From an uncultured bacterium (GTDB taxonomy: Bacteria > Spirochaetota > Spirochaetia > Sphaerochaetales > Sphaerochaetaceae): 64,000 nt of DNA. The notes beneath the pieces were generated by a model. That model saw only the letters and a program-made list of their open reading frames with translations, was not told where the DNA came from and did no database searches. Position 1 is the first letter of the stretch. Each line of letters opens with the position of its first letter. Of this stretch, positions 9,708 to 18,704 are shown in pieces. The translations under genes and the position numbers were made by a program. Where the stretch lies: contig CAJMOS010000004.1 in the NCBI GenBank assembly GCA_905215015.1, positions 1,050 through 65,049 on the forward strand, in the 5' to 3' direction.

Positions 9708-10506
9708 GCTGCTTTTCCTTTACCTTTTTTGCCCGATACTGCAGGGGGCTGAGTCCCTCCTGCTTTTTGAATGTCCACATGAAGTAATTGGGATCGGAGT
9801 ACCCGACCCGGAAGGCGACGAGCTTCACCGGCTCGGTGGTCAGTTCGAGCAGCTCTTTCGCCTTCTCCATCCGGTAATGGATCAGAAAGGAGACGACGGT
9901 GTCTCCCGTCTGGGCCTTGAAGATCTTGGCGATGGTGAACTTGCTGTAGCCGAGGTCCAAGGCAATCTCGTCCAGTCCAATCCGCTCGCTGTAGTGCTGG
10001 GCGATATAGTTCTTGATCTGGGCTACCGGGTTCTCCGCCTCGGCTCCCTGCCGGACCACCTGAAGCCGGTCTTCGCGCACCTTCAGGTAATCGCCCATCC
10101 GCTTCAGTTCGCTACGTGATGCCGCTTCCTTGTCCAGCCGGTCGATGGTCTTCTCGAGGCTGGCGACCAGCTGTTCCTCCGACAGTGGCTTGACCAGGAA
10201 ATCGAGCGCTCCGTTCTGCAACGCCTTGACCGCGTACTCGAACTGGGAGTAGGCGGTGGAAATCAGCACTTTGGCGGTGTTCCCCTCACTCCTGATGGTG
10301 TCCAGGAAGTCCAGGCCGTTCATGCCTGGAAGGTTGATGTCCAAGGTGATGATGTCGATGTGCCGCTGGTGGCAGATGGCGAGCGCTTGCGAGGCGTTGC
10401 CCGCCTCGTAGACCGAGGCCAGGGGCAACTGGTGCTTGGAGAGGAAGAACCGGAGCGCCTCCCGCTCGATCTTCTCGTCGTCGACAATCAGCAGATTGTA
10501 CATCAC
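9694..10506 (-). CDS. Response regulator, REC + AraC-type HTH (YesN-like)
   Basis: It has a receiver domain (LIVDDE...DIITLDINLPGMNG) and a C-terminal AraC HTH (GYSDPNYFMWTFKK). There is a 4-nt overlap with the kinase gene. Confidence 0.88.
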   Translation of the reverse strand: MMYNLLIVDDEKIEREALRFFLSKHQLPLASVYEAGNASQALAICHQRHIDIITLDINLPGMNGLDFLDTIRSEGNTAKVLISTAYSQFEYAVKALQNGALDFLVKPLSEEQLVASLEKTIDRLDKEAASRSELKRMGDYLKVREDRLQVVRQGAEAENPVAQIKNYIAQHYSERIGLDEIALDLGYSKFTIAKIFKAQTGDTVVSFLIHYRMEKAKELLELTTEPVKLVAFRVGYSDPNYFMWTFKKQEGLSPLQYRAKKVKEKQLTSE

Positions 10507-11933
10507 ACCTCCTCCTTCAAATGCAAGATCACCATCGTCCCCCGCCCTTTGCGGCTGATGATTTCCATCACGTTTTTCGAGTCGTAGAAGAGCTCGAGCC
10601 GCTTGTGGGTGTTGGCGACTCCGATGCGCTTGCTCTTGTAGGTGCGTAGGAGGACAAGACGTTCCGGGGCGATGCCGACACCGTCGTCGGCAATCCGGAC
10701 CACGACCCCGCTTTTCCTTTTCTTGATATCGATGACCAAATGTCCGCCTTCTTCCAATGGCGAGATTCCATGGATGATCGCGTTTTCCACCAGCGGCTGC
10801 AGGGTGAAGCGTGGAATCATCACGCTTTCCATAACCAGCGGGTCGGCGTGGACGCTCCAGGAGAGTCTCTCCCCAAAGCGCATTGCCTGGATCTGCAGGT
10901 ATTCCTCGGTAATCCCGACTTCCTCTTCAAGAAGAGCCGGCTCGCTGGGATCGGTCAGGTTATACCGCATCAAGCTGGAAAGACTGGAGAGCATGCGCTG
11001 GGCGGCTTGGTTTTTCCCGAGGGTGATCGTGCGGCTGATCGAGTTGAGGGTGTTGAAGAGAAAGTGCGGGTTTGTCTGGCTTTGCAGCACTGCCAGGGTC
11101 GCCTTGTCGATGGCTGCCTGGTATTCGGCGTTTTTTTGCCTCGCCATGGCGAGGTTCTGTTCGGCCTCGACCTTCTCCTTGATTTCCTCCTGCATGCTGT
11201 TGAAGGCTTCCACCAGCTGGGCTACGCTTGTGTCGGTGTGGGGCAGATGGACCGGCTGTCCAAAGCCTCCTTGGCTGATGGTCTTGGCCTTGGAGGCGAA
11301 GAGTTCCAGCGGGCGTTTGATCCAGGTGGAGAAGAAATAGAGGATGATGAGGGTGATGGCGAGGAATGCGGCGGCGTAGAGCCCGATGACCGCGGTCATG
11401 CGGGCCAGCATCTCCTGCTCGCTCCGTTGCCGGTCCAGGCTCTGCTCGATGATGATGCCTAGCAGCTCGTCGCAGTACCTGGTCAGGTAACTGGCGATGA
11501 TGGTCGCCTGGTCCCGGTTCTGGTAGCTGGCCTCGTTGTTCTCCATCTTCAAGGTGTAGGTCCGCCTGCAAGCTTCCTCGAAAGCCTGGTAGGCGCTACG
11601 GATGGCCGCCAGCAGATACGGGGTCCGCTCGTTGTCTGCCAACGGGGCCTGCAGGTTGTCCAGGTGTCTATCTCCCGTTTCAAGGCTTCCGGTGTGGTCT
11701 GCCAGTTTCTGTACGTTTCCCGATTCCATGTACCGGTTGAGGGATTCGGCGCTTTGGGCAAGACTTTGTTTGAAAGCCTGCACCTGGTCCAGCGTGAAGG
11801 TGTAGCGTCTCTGGCTCCGATAGTTTCCGGAAAGACGTACGAAGAAGGTCACGGTAAAGAGAATGAAGGCCCCGAGAAGCAAAAGGAGCCCTGTGGTGAT
11901 GACGGCAGAGACGGATCGAGCCTTCGTCCGCAT
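10503..11933 (-). CDS. Sensor histidine kinase (YesM/LytS-type His_kinase + HATPase)
   Basis: It has an N-terminal TM segment, a periplasmic or extracytoplasmic segment, a second TM segment, then HAMP. The H-box is NPHFLFNTLNSISR and the ATPase blocks are ENAIIHG and DDGVGI. Confidence 0.88.
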   Translation of the reverse strand: MRTKARSVSAVITTGLLLLLGAFILFTVTFFVRLSGNYRSQRRYTFTLDQVQAFKQSLAQSAESLNRYMESGNVQKLADHTGSLETGDRHLDNLQAPLADNERTPYLLAAIRSAYQAFEEACRRTYTLKMENNEASYQNRDQATIIASYLTRYCDELLGIIIEQSLDRQRSEQEMLARMTAVIGLYAAAFLAITLIILYFFSTWIKRPLELFASKAKTISQGGFGQPVHLPHTDTSVAQLVEAFNSMQEEIKEKVEAEQNLAMARQKNAEYQAAIDKATLAVLQSQTNPHFLFNTLNSISRTITLGKNQAAQRMLSSLSSLMRYNLTDPSEPALLEEEVGITEEYLQIQAMRFGERLSWSVHADPLVMESVMIPRFTLQPLVENAIIHGISPLEEGGHLVIDIKKRKSGVVVRIADDGVGIAPERLVLLRTYKSKRIGVANTHKRLELFYDSKNVMEIISRKGRGTMVILHLKEEV

Positions 11934-12793
11934 TACCAGCCTCCTTCCACCAGTTGCTTTTCCTTGCGCGCCTGCTCCAGCCAGTCTGCCTGTGCCCGCT
12001 CGATCAACGTGTCCCCGTAGAGAGCGGCTTTTCTCGCCGCTTCCACAAGCAACGCTTTCTGCCGTTCGTCCAGCGAATCCCAGATCCGGCTGCTGACCAC
12101 CAGCAGGGAAGGGAGACTTTCCTGGTCGTTGACCCGGAGGGTGCGGGCGAAGGCCCAGTTGGGCGAAAGGCAGAAATCAAGGAAACCGTCCTCGACCGCA
12201 TCGACTTGGTGGTTGGAGAGCAACGAGGAAAAGTCGTTGGGATCGCTGGAGAAGGGAATGGCCCCCCAGCGCTGGATCCGCTCTTGGGAATAGCTGCCGC
12301 TCCTTACCCCGATCGTGGCTCCCTGCATCATCTCGGTGTGCGAGGTTCCGTTGGTATAGAGACAGCGCATTTCCGGCTCAATGACGGCAAGGGGATGGAT
12401 TTCCCTGGTCTCGAGCGCGGAGACCAGGCTCGCCCAGTGGGAAAGACAATAAGGTTTCCGTTCGTTCGCTTCAAGTTGCCGGAGCATCTCGACCATATGC
12501 TTCAGTGAGGGAACAGCGTCGCAGAGCGTCTCCATCCGGGCTGCCATCATCGAGATTCCTCCGAAGCGGAGCTGAAGGAGCACCTCGCTTTCGTTGCCCA
12601 GTTCCGATCCCGCCACCTGCAGGTGCAGGTCGGCGTCGGGTTCCCAGTCGCACTGGTGGGAAAGGTAGATGGATGCTTTCCCGATCGGGTGCTTCTCTCC
12701 ACTGGGGACTGCAAGACGCAGATAGGCCGTCTCCGCACCCAAGGTGGAGGTGCAGCATACGAGGAGAACGAGGAACAACCGGAAACTGCTCAT
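11933..12793 (-). CDS. DctP-like (TRAP-type) periplasmic solute-binding protein, orphan, co-transcribed with the kinase
   Basis: It has a signal peptide MSSFRLFLVLLVCCTSTLGA and DctP-like blocks (GSELGNESEVLLQLRFGGISMM; GVRSGS...RWGAIPF...LLSNHQVDAVEDG; WDSLDERQKALLVEAARKAA). Its stop overlaps the kinase start by 1 nt. No DctQ/M is nearby. Confidence 0.6.
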   Translation of the reverse strand: MSSFRLFLVLLVCCTSTLGAETAYLRLAVPSGEKHPIGKASIYLSHQCDWEPDADLHLQVAGSELGNESEVLLQLRFGGISMMAARMETLCDAVPSLKHMVEMLRQLEANERKPYCLSHWASLVSALETREIHPLAVIEPEMRCLYTNGTSHTEMMQGATIGVRSGSYSQERIQRWGAIPFSSDPNDFSSLLSNHQVDAVEDGFLDFCLSPNWAFARTLRVNDQESLPSLLVVSSRIWDSLDERQKALLVEAARKAALYGDTLIERAQADWLEQARKEKQLVEGGW

Positions 12794-12833
12794 ATCGCGA
12801 AGTGTACCATATTTACGGAGGCAACTCTAAAAT

Positions 12834-12862
12834 ATTGGCAAGTCACTTGAATAAATTGGCAA
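12834..12862. promoter_or_regulatory. Direct repeat ATTGGCAA x2, 21 bp start-to-start, in the divergent sensor-operon/liv-operon spacer
   Basis: Read directly: ATTGGCAA at 12834-12841 and again at 12855-12862. The spacing is two helical turns. The repeats lie 65-93 nt upstream of livH ATG 12927. Confidence 0.3.
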
Positions 12863-12926
12863 TCTCGATTTTTCGCTTTCGCGTTGCAAAAGGCGATGGT
12901 AGGGTGAATCCGAAAAAGGGGTCGAG

Positions 12927-13790
12927 ATGGAAATATTCCTGCAAGCAGTGGTCAACGGCCTGCTGATCGGGGGCTTCTACTCATTGATGGGTATGGGCCA
13001 GAACATCATCTTCGGCGTGATGAAGATCATCAACTTCTGTCACGGCGAGATGCTGATGATCGGCATGTACCTGACATTCGTCTTTTATTCAGTTTTCGGC
13101 ATTGATCCGTATGTGGCGCTTCCTCTGGTGGCTCTTGGATGCTTTGCCATCGGGGCCTTGGTGCAGCACACGCTGATTACTCCGTCGTTAGGGACGAAAA
13201 GCTTCACCAACCTGCTCTTTCTGACGGTCGGCCTTGGACTGCTCTATCAGAACCTTGCGCTGGTCATCTTCTCCTCCTTGAACCGCACGATTGTCACTCC
13301 GTACAGCGGCAAGATCATGCACATGGGGCCGATCACGCTGGCGCTTCCCAAACTGGTCAGCCTGATCATGCTGGTGTTCATCACCATCGCGTTGTTCCTC
13401 TTCTTGAAGTACACGCAGACAGGCAAGGAGATTCGTGCCGTGTCGCAGAACTCGGTGGGTGCCGAAGTGGTAGGCATCAACGTCAAGCGGATCTACATCC
13501 TCACCTATGGCCTTGGTTGTGCGCTCGCCGGCATCGCCGGTGACCTGTTGACCCTTTTCTATGTCATCAACCCGACAGTCGGCTCGCAGTTCAGCTTCAA
13601 GGCCTTGATCGTCGTCGTGGTTGGTGGTTTCGGTTCAATCCAGGGCGCCTTTGTCGCCGGTATTTTCCTCGGTTTGATGGAGACGATGAGTAGCTTGATC
13701 ATCGGACCCACCTACCGGGACCTGACCGTATTCGTTTCATTCATCATCATCCTGGTTGTCCGCCAGATGCTGATCCTGAGGAGGCGCTGA
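12927..13790 (+). CDS. livH: Branched-chain amino acid ABC transporter permease
   Basis: 287-aa polytopic protein with the LivH-type start MEIFLQAVVNGLLIGGFYSLMGMG and conserved NFCHGE. It is the first gene of a five-gene operon. Confidence 0.88.
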   Translation: MEIFLQAVVNGLLIGGFYSLMGMGQNIIFGVMKIINFCHGEMLMIGMYLTFVFYSVFGIDPYVALPLVALGCFAIGALVQHTLITPSLGTKSFTNLLFLTVGLGLLYQNLALVIFSSLNRTIVTPYSGKIMHMGPITLALPKLVSLIMLVFITIALFLFLKYTQTGKEIRAVSQNSVGAEVVGINVKRIYILTYGLGCALAGIAGDLLTLFYVINPTVGSQFSFKALIVVVVGGFGSIQGAFVAGIFLGLMETMSSLIIGPTYRDLTVFVSFIIILVVRQMLILRRR

Positions 13791-13791
13791 G

Positions 13792-14799
13792 ATGAGCCTG
13801 AGAACAACCTACCAGAAGCGCTGTCTGACCGCCCTGTTGCTGTTTGTCGCATTGCTGGTTGCCCTGCCTCTGCTTTTGAAGGGGAGCCCCTATATCGTCA
13901 ACGTCCTGATCGTGATTTTCTACACGACGACGATGAGCTTGGCGTGGAACCTGCTGGGCGGCATGACGGGACAGAACTCGCTGGGCCACGCAGCCTACAT
14001 GGGCTTGGGTGCCTATATCGGCGCTCTGCTGATCACCAAAGGCGGTTGGAATCCATGGCTCACCATTCCAGTCGCCATGCTGATTGTCGGTCTGATCGCT
14101 GGCGTGGTCTTCTATCCCTGCTTCCTGCTGAAAGGTCCGTATTTCACGTTGGTCTCGATTGCTTTTGGCGAGACGATCCGCCAGTTCATGCTGAACTGGG
14201 ATTTCGCCGGCAAGGCGATGGGTATCCCGCTCGCCTATGGAAAGCCCTCGTTCCTCGAGTTCCGTTTCCACAGCAAGACTCCCTACTACTACATCGCTCT
14301 GGTGATGGTGGTGTGCGTCTATCTGCTGATGCGGAAGATCAACAAGTCGAAGCTCGGCTTCGCCTTGAAGACCATCCGCGAGGATGAGGATGTCGCCAGC
14401 GCCATCGGCATCAAGCCGATGAAATACAAGGTCATCGCCTTGGTCATCAGCGCGATGATCGCCGCGATGGTGGGCTGCTTCTACGCCAACTACAACCGCT
14501 ATATCGACTGTGATTTGATGTTGCAGTCCTTCTCGACCGAGTTCGTCCTGCCTGCCATCGTCGGTGGCGCGGCTTTTGTCGAAGGACCGCTGGTCGGTGG
14601 CGTGATCCTGCTCTGTCTGAGCGAGTGGCTTCGCAACCAGTTCGGCGGCATCCTGCCCGGCATCAACCTGATCCTCTACGCGATCGTGCTGCTGTGCGTC
14701 ATCCGCTTCAAGCCTGTCGGCCTGCTCGGCTGGTATGAGAAGAGCAAGGCCAAGGACTGGGTCGACCACAAGATCCTGGGAAAGAAGGACAAGGAGTGA
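13792..14799 (+). CDS. livM: Branched-chain amino acid ABC transporter permease
   Basis: 335-aa polytopic protein with LivM-type blocks (GQNSLGHAAYMGLGAY; REDEDVASAIGI). It starts 1 nt after the livH stop. Confidence 0.88.
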   Translation: MSLRTTYQKRCLTALLLFVALLVALPLLLKGSPYIVNVLIVIFYTTTMSLAWNLLGGMTGQNSLGHAAYMGLGAYIGALLITKGGWNPWLTIPVAMLIVGLIAGVVFYPCFLLKGPYFTLVSIAFGETIRQFMLNWDFAGKAMGIPLAYGKPSFLEFRFHSKTPYYYIALVMVVCVYLLMRKINKSKLGFALKTIREDEDVASAIGIKPMKYKVIALVISAMIAAMVGCFYANYNRYIDCDLMLQSFSTEFVLPAIVGGAAFVEGPLVGGVILLCLSEWLRNQFGGILPGINLILYAIVLLCVIRFKPVGLLGWYEKSKAKDWVDHKILGKKDKE

Positions 14800-14803
14800 G
14801 GCG

Positions 14804-15544
14804 ATGAGCGAACCTATCATCAGAGTCGAGCATATTACCAAGAACTTCCGTGGCCTGAAGGCGGTCAATGATCTTTCTTTGACGGTGGAAGAGGGCGGCA
14901 TCACCGGCATGATCGGGCCAAATGGAGCCGGCAAGAGCACCACCTTCAACATGATCTGTGGCTTCTATCCTCCCTCTTCGGGACATATCTTCTATCGGGG
15001 GAAGGAGATCACCAACTGCAAACCCTACGAGTACACGGCGATGGGAATCGCCCGTACCTTCCAGATCATGAAGCCGCTCGGCAACCTGACGGTGTTGGAC
15101 AATATCGTCCCCAGCGCCTTCTTCGGACGCAGGCATGCGAGAAGCCTTGCCGAGGCGCGTGAAATCGCCAAGGAAATCCTGGAGTTCACCGGACTGTACG
15201 CGAAGAAGGATGTCTTGGCCAAGGAAATGGGGACGCCGGACCAGAAGCGGCTGGAGATGGCGCGTGCCTTGGCAACCAAGCCGGAGATGCTGTTCCTCGA
15301 CGAGGTCATGGCGGGCTTGAACCCGACGGAAACCGACCAGGCCATCGAGCTGATCAACAAGATCAACCAGAGCGGGGTGACGATTTTCCTGATCGAGCAC
15401 ATCATGCGCGCGGTGGTCAGCCTGTGCGGCAAGGTCATCGTGTTGCACCATGGCGAGAAGATCGCAGAGGGTACTCCGCGGCAGGTGATGAACGACCCGT
15501 ATGTCGAGGAAGTCTACCTCGGAAAGAAAAAGGAGAATGGCTGA
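14804..15544 (+). CDS. livG: Branched-chain amino acid ABC transporter ATP-binding protein
   Basis: The start is set at ATG 14804 (MSEPIIRVEHITKNF). It has Walker A GPNGAGKST and Walker B LLFLDEVMAGL. Confidence 0.9.
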   Translation: MSEPIIRVEHITKNFRGLKAVNDLSLTVEEGGITGMIGPNGAGKSTTFNMICGFYPPSSGHIFYRGKEITNCKPYEYTAMGIARTFQIMKPLGNLTVLDNIVPSAFFGRRHARSLAEAREIAKEILEFTGLYAKKDVLAKEMGTPDQKRLEMARALATKPEMLFLDEVMAGLNPTETDQAIELINKINQSGVTIFLIEHIMRAVVSLCGKVIVLHHGEKIAEGTPRQVMNDPYVEEVYLGKKKENG

Positions 15545-16251
15545 TGTTCACCGTAACGAATCTCAATGCGGGGTATGGCTCCATCCAGGTGCTCTGGGAC
15601 ATCTCCTTCGAGGTGAAAGACGGGGAGGTGGTTGCCATCCTCGGGTCCAACGGAGCGGGAAAGACGACGACGGTGCGTGCCATTACCGGCATGATCAAGC
15701 CGACCAGCGGGTCCGAGCGGTTCAACGGCACCGAACTGGTGGGCAAGTCCAGCCGTTTCATCCTTGACGAGGGCATCATCCAGGTTCCCGAGGGAAGACA
15801 GCTGTTCACCAACATGACGGTCTACGAGAACCTTGGAATGGGGGCCTTCAGCAAGGCCGCCAAGGCGAAGATGAAGGAGAGCGAGGAGTTCATCTACCAG
15901 TGGTTTCCCAAGCTGAAGGAGCGTCGCGGCCAGATTGCGGGCACTTTGAGCGGCGGCGAACAGCAGATGGTGGCGGTGGCCCGTGCTTTGATCGGCCTTC
16001 CCCGGTTGCTGATTCTCGACGAGCCTTCCCTGGGCCTTGCCCCGAACATCGTCGACGAGATCCTGGATGTGGCGAGCCACCTTGCCAAGGAGCAGGGGGT
16101 GAGCGTGATTTTGGTCGAGCAGGATATCACCAAGGCTCTGGCCGTCGCCGACCGGGGTTACGTGATCGAGAACGGGCGTGTCGTCCTTTCGGACACCGCT
16201 GATGCCTTGAGCAGGAACGAGCACGTCAAGAAGGCGTATCTCGGAATTTGA
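15544..16251 (+). CDS. livF: Branched-chain amino acid ABC transporter ATP-binding protein
   Basis: The start is set at ATG 15544, overlapping the livG stop. It has Walker A GSNGAGKTT, signature LSGGEQQ and Walker B LLILDEPS. Confidence 0.9.
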   Translation: MFTVTNLNAGYGSIQVLWDISFEVKDGEVVAILGSNGAGKTTTVRAITGMIKPTSGSERFNGTELVGKSSRFILDEGIIQVPEGRQLFTNMTVYENLGMGAFSKAAKAKMKESEEFIYQWFPKLKERRGQIAGTLSGGEQQMVAVARALIGLPRLLILDEPSLGLAPNIVDEILDVASHLAKEQGVSVILVEQDITKALAVADRGYVIENGRVVLSDTADALSRNEHVKKAYLGI

Positions 16252-16288
16252 ATACGATTTCATACGACCGATACAAGGAGGAACAAGT

Positions 16289-17551
16289 ATGAAGAAAGTT
16301 ATTGCCGCATTGCTGGTAGCATCTGTCGCGATGGGCGCGATGTTCGCCAACGGCACGAAGGAATCCGCAAGCAGTGCGGACGCTTCGAAGGAACCGATTC
16401 GGATTGGCGCCATGTACGCCCTTTCCGGTGACAAGGCCGCCATTGGCAACAACATCATGCGCGGTGTTGATTTCGCCGCCGAGATGATCAATGCGCAGGG
16501 TGGTGTCAACGGCCGCATGATCGAGGTTGTCCGTGGTGATACCCAGGGCGACCCGAAGGTCGGACGCTCCGTCGCCGAGAGACTGGTCACCCAGGACCAC
16601 GTCAATGCGATTCTTGGCTGCCACCAGTCCACCATTACCCAGATTGCCGCCCAGGTCTGCGAGCAGTATCAGATTCCTGAGCTGACCGCAATCTCCACCG
16701 TCGACAACCTGTCCAGCCAAGGCTACGAGTACTTCTTCCGCATGTGCCCGATGAACAGTGTCTATGTCGAGGACCAGTTCAAGTTCATCGCCGACCTCGG
16801 CAAGCAGAACAACATCCCGATGAAGCGGATCGCCATCTTCGCCGACAACTCCAACATCGGCCAGGAACTGATCCGTTGCGCCAAGATCTGGGCTCCGAAG
16901 TACAACATGGAGCTGGTTGCCGAGGTGCAGTACAGCGGCGGGACCACCGACCTTACCAGCGAGGTCCTGAAGCTGCGTGACTCCAATCCTGATGCGGTCC
17001 TCTGCGAGAGCTACATCGCCGACGCCATTCTCTTCACCAAGACCCTGCGCGAGCAGAATGCCCACCCGCCGGTAATCGTCGCCAAGGCCAATGGTTTCGC
17101 CGATCCTTCCTTCATTCCCGCCACTCCTGGTATCTCCAACGGTATCGCCAGCGTCGTCGAGTGGAACGCCGACCTGACCAAGGGCAAGGAAATCAACGCC
17201 AAGTACAAGGAGAAGTACGGTATCGACATGAACGGCCACTCCGCCGAGTCCTTCACCGCCATGTGGATCCTGAAGACTGCTTTCGAGCAGGCTGGAACCA
17301 CCGACGGAACCAAGGTCCGCGACGCCCTGCTTGCCATGGATATCCAGGGCAGCTTCCCCGGTGGCCCGGAAATCATCCTGCCGTATGACCGTATCAAGTT
17401 CGGCGACATGGAAGTCGAGGGTGTGAAGCATACCCACAACAACCTGTACGCCTCTGTCGCCATCGCGCAGATTCAGGATGGTGCCTGGAAGACCGTGTGG
17501 CCGTTCGAGGTCGCAGGTACTCCGGTACAGTATCCTGCCAAGCTTCAGTAG
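16289..17551 (+). CDS. Branched-chain amino acid ABC transporter substrate-binding protein (LivJ/K family)
   Basis: It has a signal peptide MKKVIAALLVASVAMGAMFA and the type-I periplasmic binding fold pattern (IRIGAMYALSGDKAAIG). AAGGAGG lies upstream. Confidence 0.88.
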   Translation: MKKVIAALLVASVAMGAMFANGTKESASSADASKEPIRIGAMYALSGDKAAIGNNIMRGVDFAAEMINAQGGVNGRMIEVVRGDTQGDPKVGRSVAERLVTQDHVNAILGCHQSTITQIAAQVCEQYQIPELTAISTVDNLSSQGYEYFFRMCPMNSVYVEDQFKFIADLGKQNNIPMKRIAIFADNSNIGQELIRCAKIWAPKYNMELVAEVQYSGGTTDLTSEVLKLRDSNPDAVLCESYIADAILFTKTLREQNAHPPVIVAKANGFADPSFIPATPGISNGIASVVEWNADLTKGKEINAKYKEKYGIDMNGHSAESFTAMWILKTAFEQAGTTDGTKVRDALLAMDIQGSFPGGPEIILPYDRIKFGDMEVEGVKHTHNNLYASVAIAQIQDGAWKTVWPFEVAGTPVQYPAKLQ

Positions 17552-17584
17552 TCTCGGGCAGTGCACCAGTTTTGCCCAGCTTCT

Positions 17585-17623
17585 CCATCCCGGTAGGTTC
17601 CCTATCGGGATGGTCTGTTTGTT
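17585..17623 (+). terminator. Possible rho-independent terminator of the liv operon
   Basis: The stem is CCATCCCG (17585-17592) with CGGGATGG (17606-17613), with a 13-nt loop, followed by tctgtttgtt. Confidence 0.4.
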
Positions 17624-17913
17624 GGCTCAATACAGATGTTTGCAGGAAGAAGCGGAAACACAAGGGATGGGGGAAATGAAGTCTCATGATTGAACTACCC
17701 AAACAAGGAGAGAGATCATTCCCATGAGCGGCAGCATCATGGCAAGCATCGACGTGACCGTCCTGGTTTTCGGGAATTTCCTCTTGCTGGCGCGCAATGG
17801 GGGTCGGACAGCGTCCAGCGGTTACAGGTTTTGGCAATTCCCCGGAAATACAGAAAAGGTTGCCTTGCATCTCTGCTCGGCAACCTTCTTCTTGTGAAAA
17901 CGTCGTACCGTAT

Positions 17914-17985
17914 AGGTGCAGGCTGGATTCGAACCAGTGTATGACAGTTTTGCAGACTGTTCCCTAACCGCTTGGGTACTGCACC
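17914..17985 (-). tRNA. tRNA-Cys (anticodon GCA)
   Basis: The minus-strand read folds as a cloverleaf: acceptor GGTGCAG/CTGCACC, D-arm CCCAAGCGGTTAGGG, anticodon stem ACAGT/ACTGT with loop CTGCAAA, and T-arm ACTGG-TTCGAAT-CCAGC. No CCA is encoded. Confidence 0.9.
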
Positions 17986-18099
17986 ATGAAGCAGTTAGAA
18001 TCTATCAGATTTTCTTCTGCAAATCAAGGGTATTCGCGCAATCAGCGCACTCTTGCGCATTTCCGCTTGCCTGGACGATAATTTCGAAAGGAGTTCTCT

Positions 18100-18702
18100 A
18101 TGAAACGAATCGTGACGATTGTGCTCTGCTCGCTGTGCTTCCTTTCCGGGGTGGGCGCGGTAAGTGACGAGTGGGTCGACTGCAGTTCCGTGCTGCAGCT
18201 GGATACCAAATACCCGTACGGAAACACCACCAGCCTGGGCGTCTCGCTTGGGTACAGCCAGTACCTCGGATACATACTGGGCTACGCCACCTATACCGAC
18301 ATCATCTATGCGCCATGGAAGTCCGGCAGGCCGCTCTTCGCTTCCGAGACGGTAGGCCTTTCCGGACAGGTGCCTCTTTCCAGCACGTGGTCCCTTTTCA
18401 CCACGGTCGGGCCGACCTTGGAGGTGAGCGTGGTCGACCAGGAAGGATCTTCCTCTTCCTCCTCCCTGGACACGAAATCGGTCGTCCAGTTCGGTCTCGG
18501 CACCGTCTTCGGGGCGCGCGTGACCTTTCCAAGCGACATCGGCATGGTCTTCGGCCTGAAGGGCTCCTGGTACTTCCTCAACGATGCGGATGGGAGGGAC
18601 GCCGAGAAGAACGCCTTCTCGGTCGCCGGGTTCGTGGGCGCCACGCTCGGGATCGGGTCCTCGTATGACCCGGGATCGGGTTCCGCGTCGCCCTACTATT
18701 GA
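18100..18702 (+). CDS. Hypothetical secreted protein, possibly a small outer-membrane beta-barrel
   Basis: It has a signal peptide MKRIVTIVLCSLCFLSGVGA, alternating aromatic/Gly-rich segments (GYSQYLGYILGYATYTD; VFGLKGSWYF) and a C-terminal aromatic residue (..SPYY). AAGGAG lies upstream. Confidence 0.55.
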   Translation: MKRIVTIVLCSLCFLSGVGAVSDEWVDCSSVLQLDTKYPYGNTTSLGVSLGYSQYLGYILGYATYTDIIYAPWKSGRPLFASETVGLSGQVPLSSTWSLFTTVGPTLEVSVVDQEGSSSSSSLDTKSVVQFGLGTVFGARVTFPSDIGMVFGLKGSWYFLNDADGRDAEKNAFSVAGFVGATLGIGSSYDPGSGSASPYY

Positions 18703-18704
18703 GG

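Noticed and set aside
13747-14952. 401-aa minus-strand ORF antisense to livM/livG. Similar long antisense or out-of-frame ORFs occur at 15514-16635, 16226-17566, 19310-20044, 21992-23209 and 23197-24315.
   Set aside because: These are shadow ORFs typical of G+C-rich coding DNA. Their translations are low-complexity (R/G/H/D/Q/P-rich) with no motifs, while the opposite or alternative frame encodes clearly recognisable conserved proteins.
17724-17897. 57-codon ORF (MSGSIMASIDVTVLVFGNFLLLARNGG...) upstream of tRNA-Cys
   Set aside because: It has only a weakly spaced SD (about 13 nt) and no family resemblance. It overlaps the expected tRNA promoter region. The evidence is insufficient to call a gene.
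17914-18100. tRNA-Cys as an integration site for a mobile element
   Set aside because: There is no integrase, no partial tRNA duplicate (attL/attR-like repeat) and no composition change next to it. The neighbouring genes have backbone composition.
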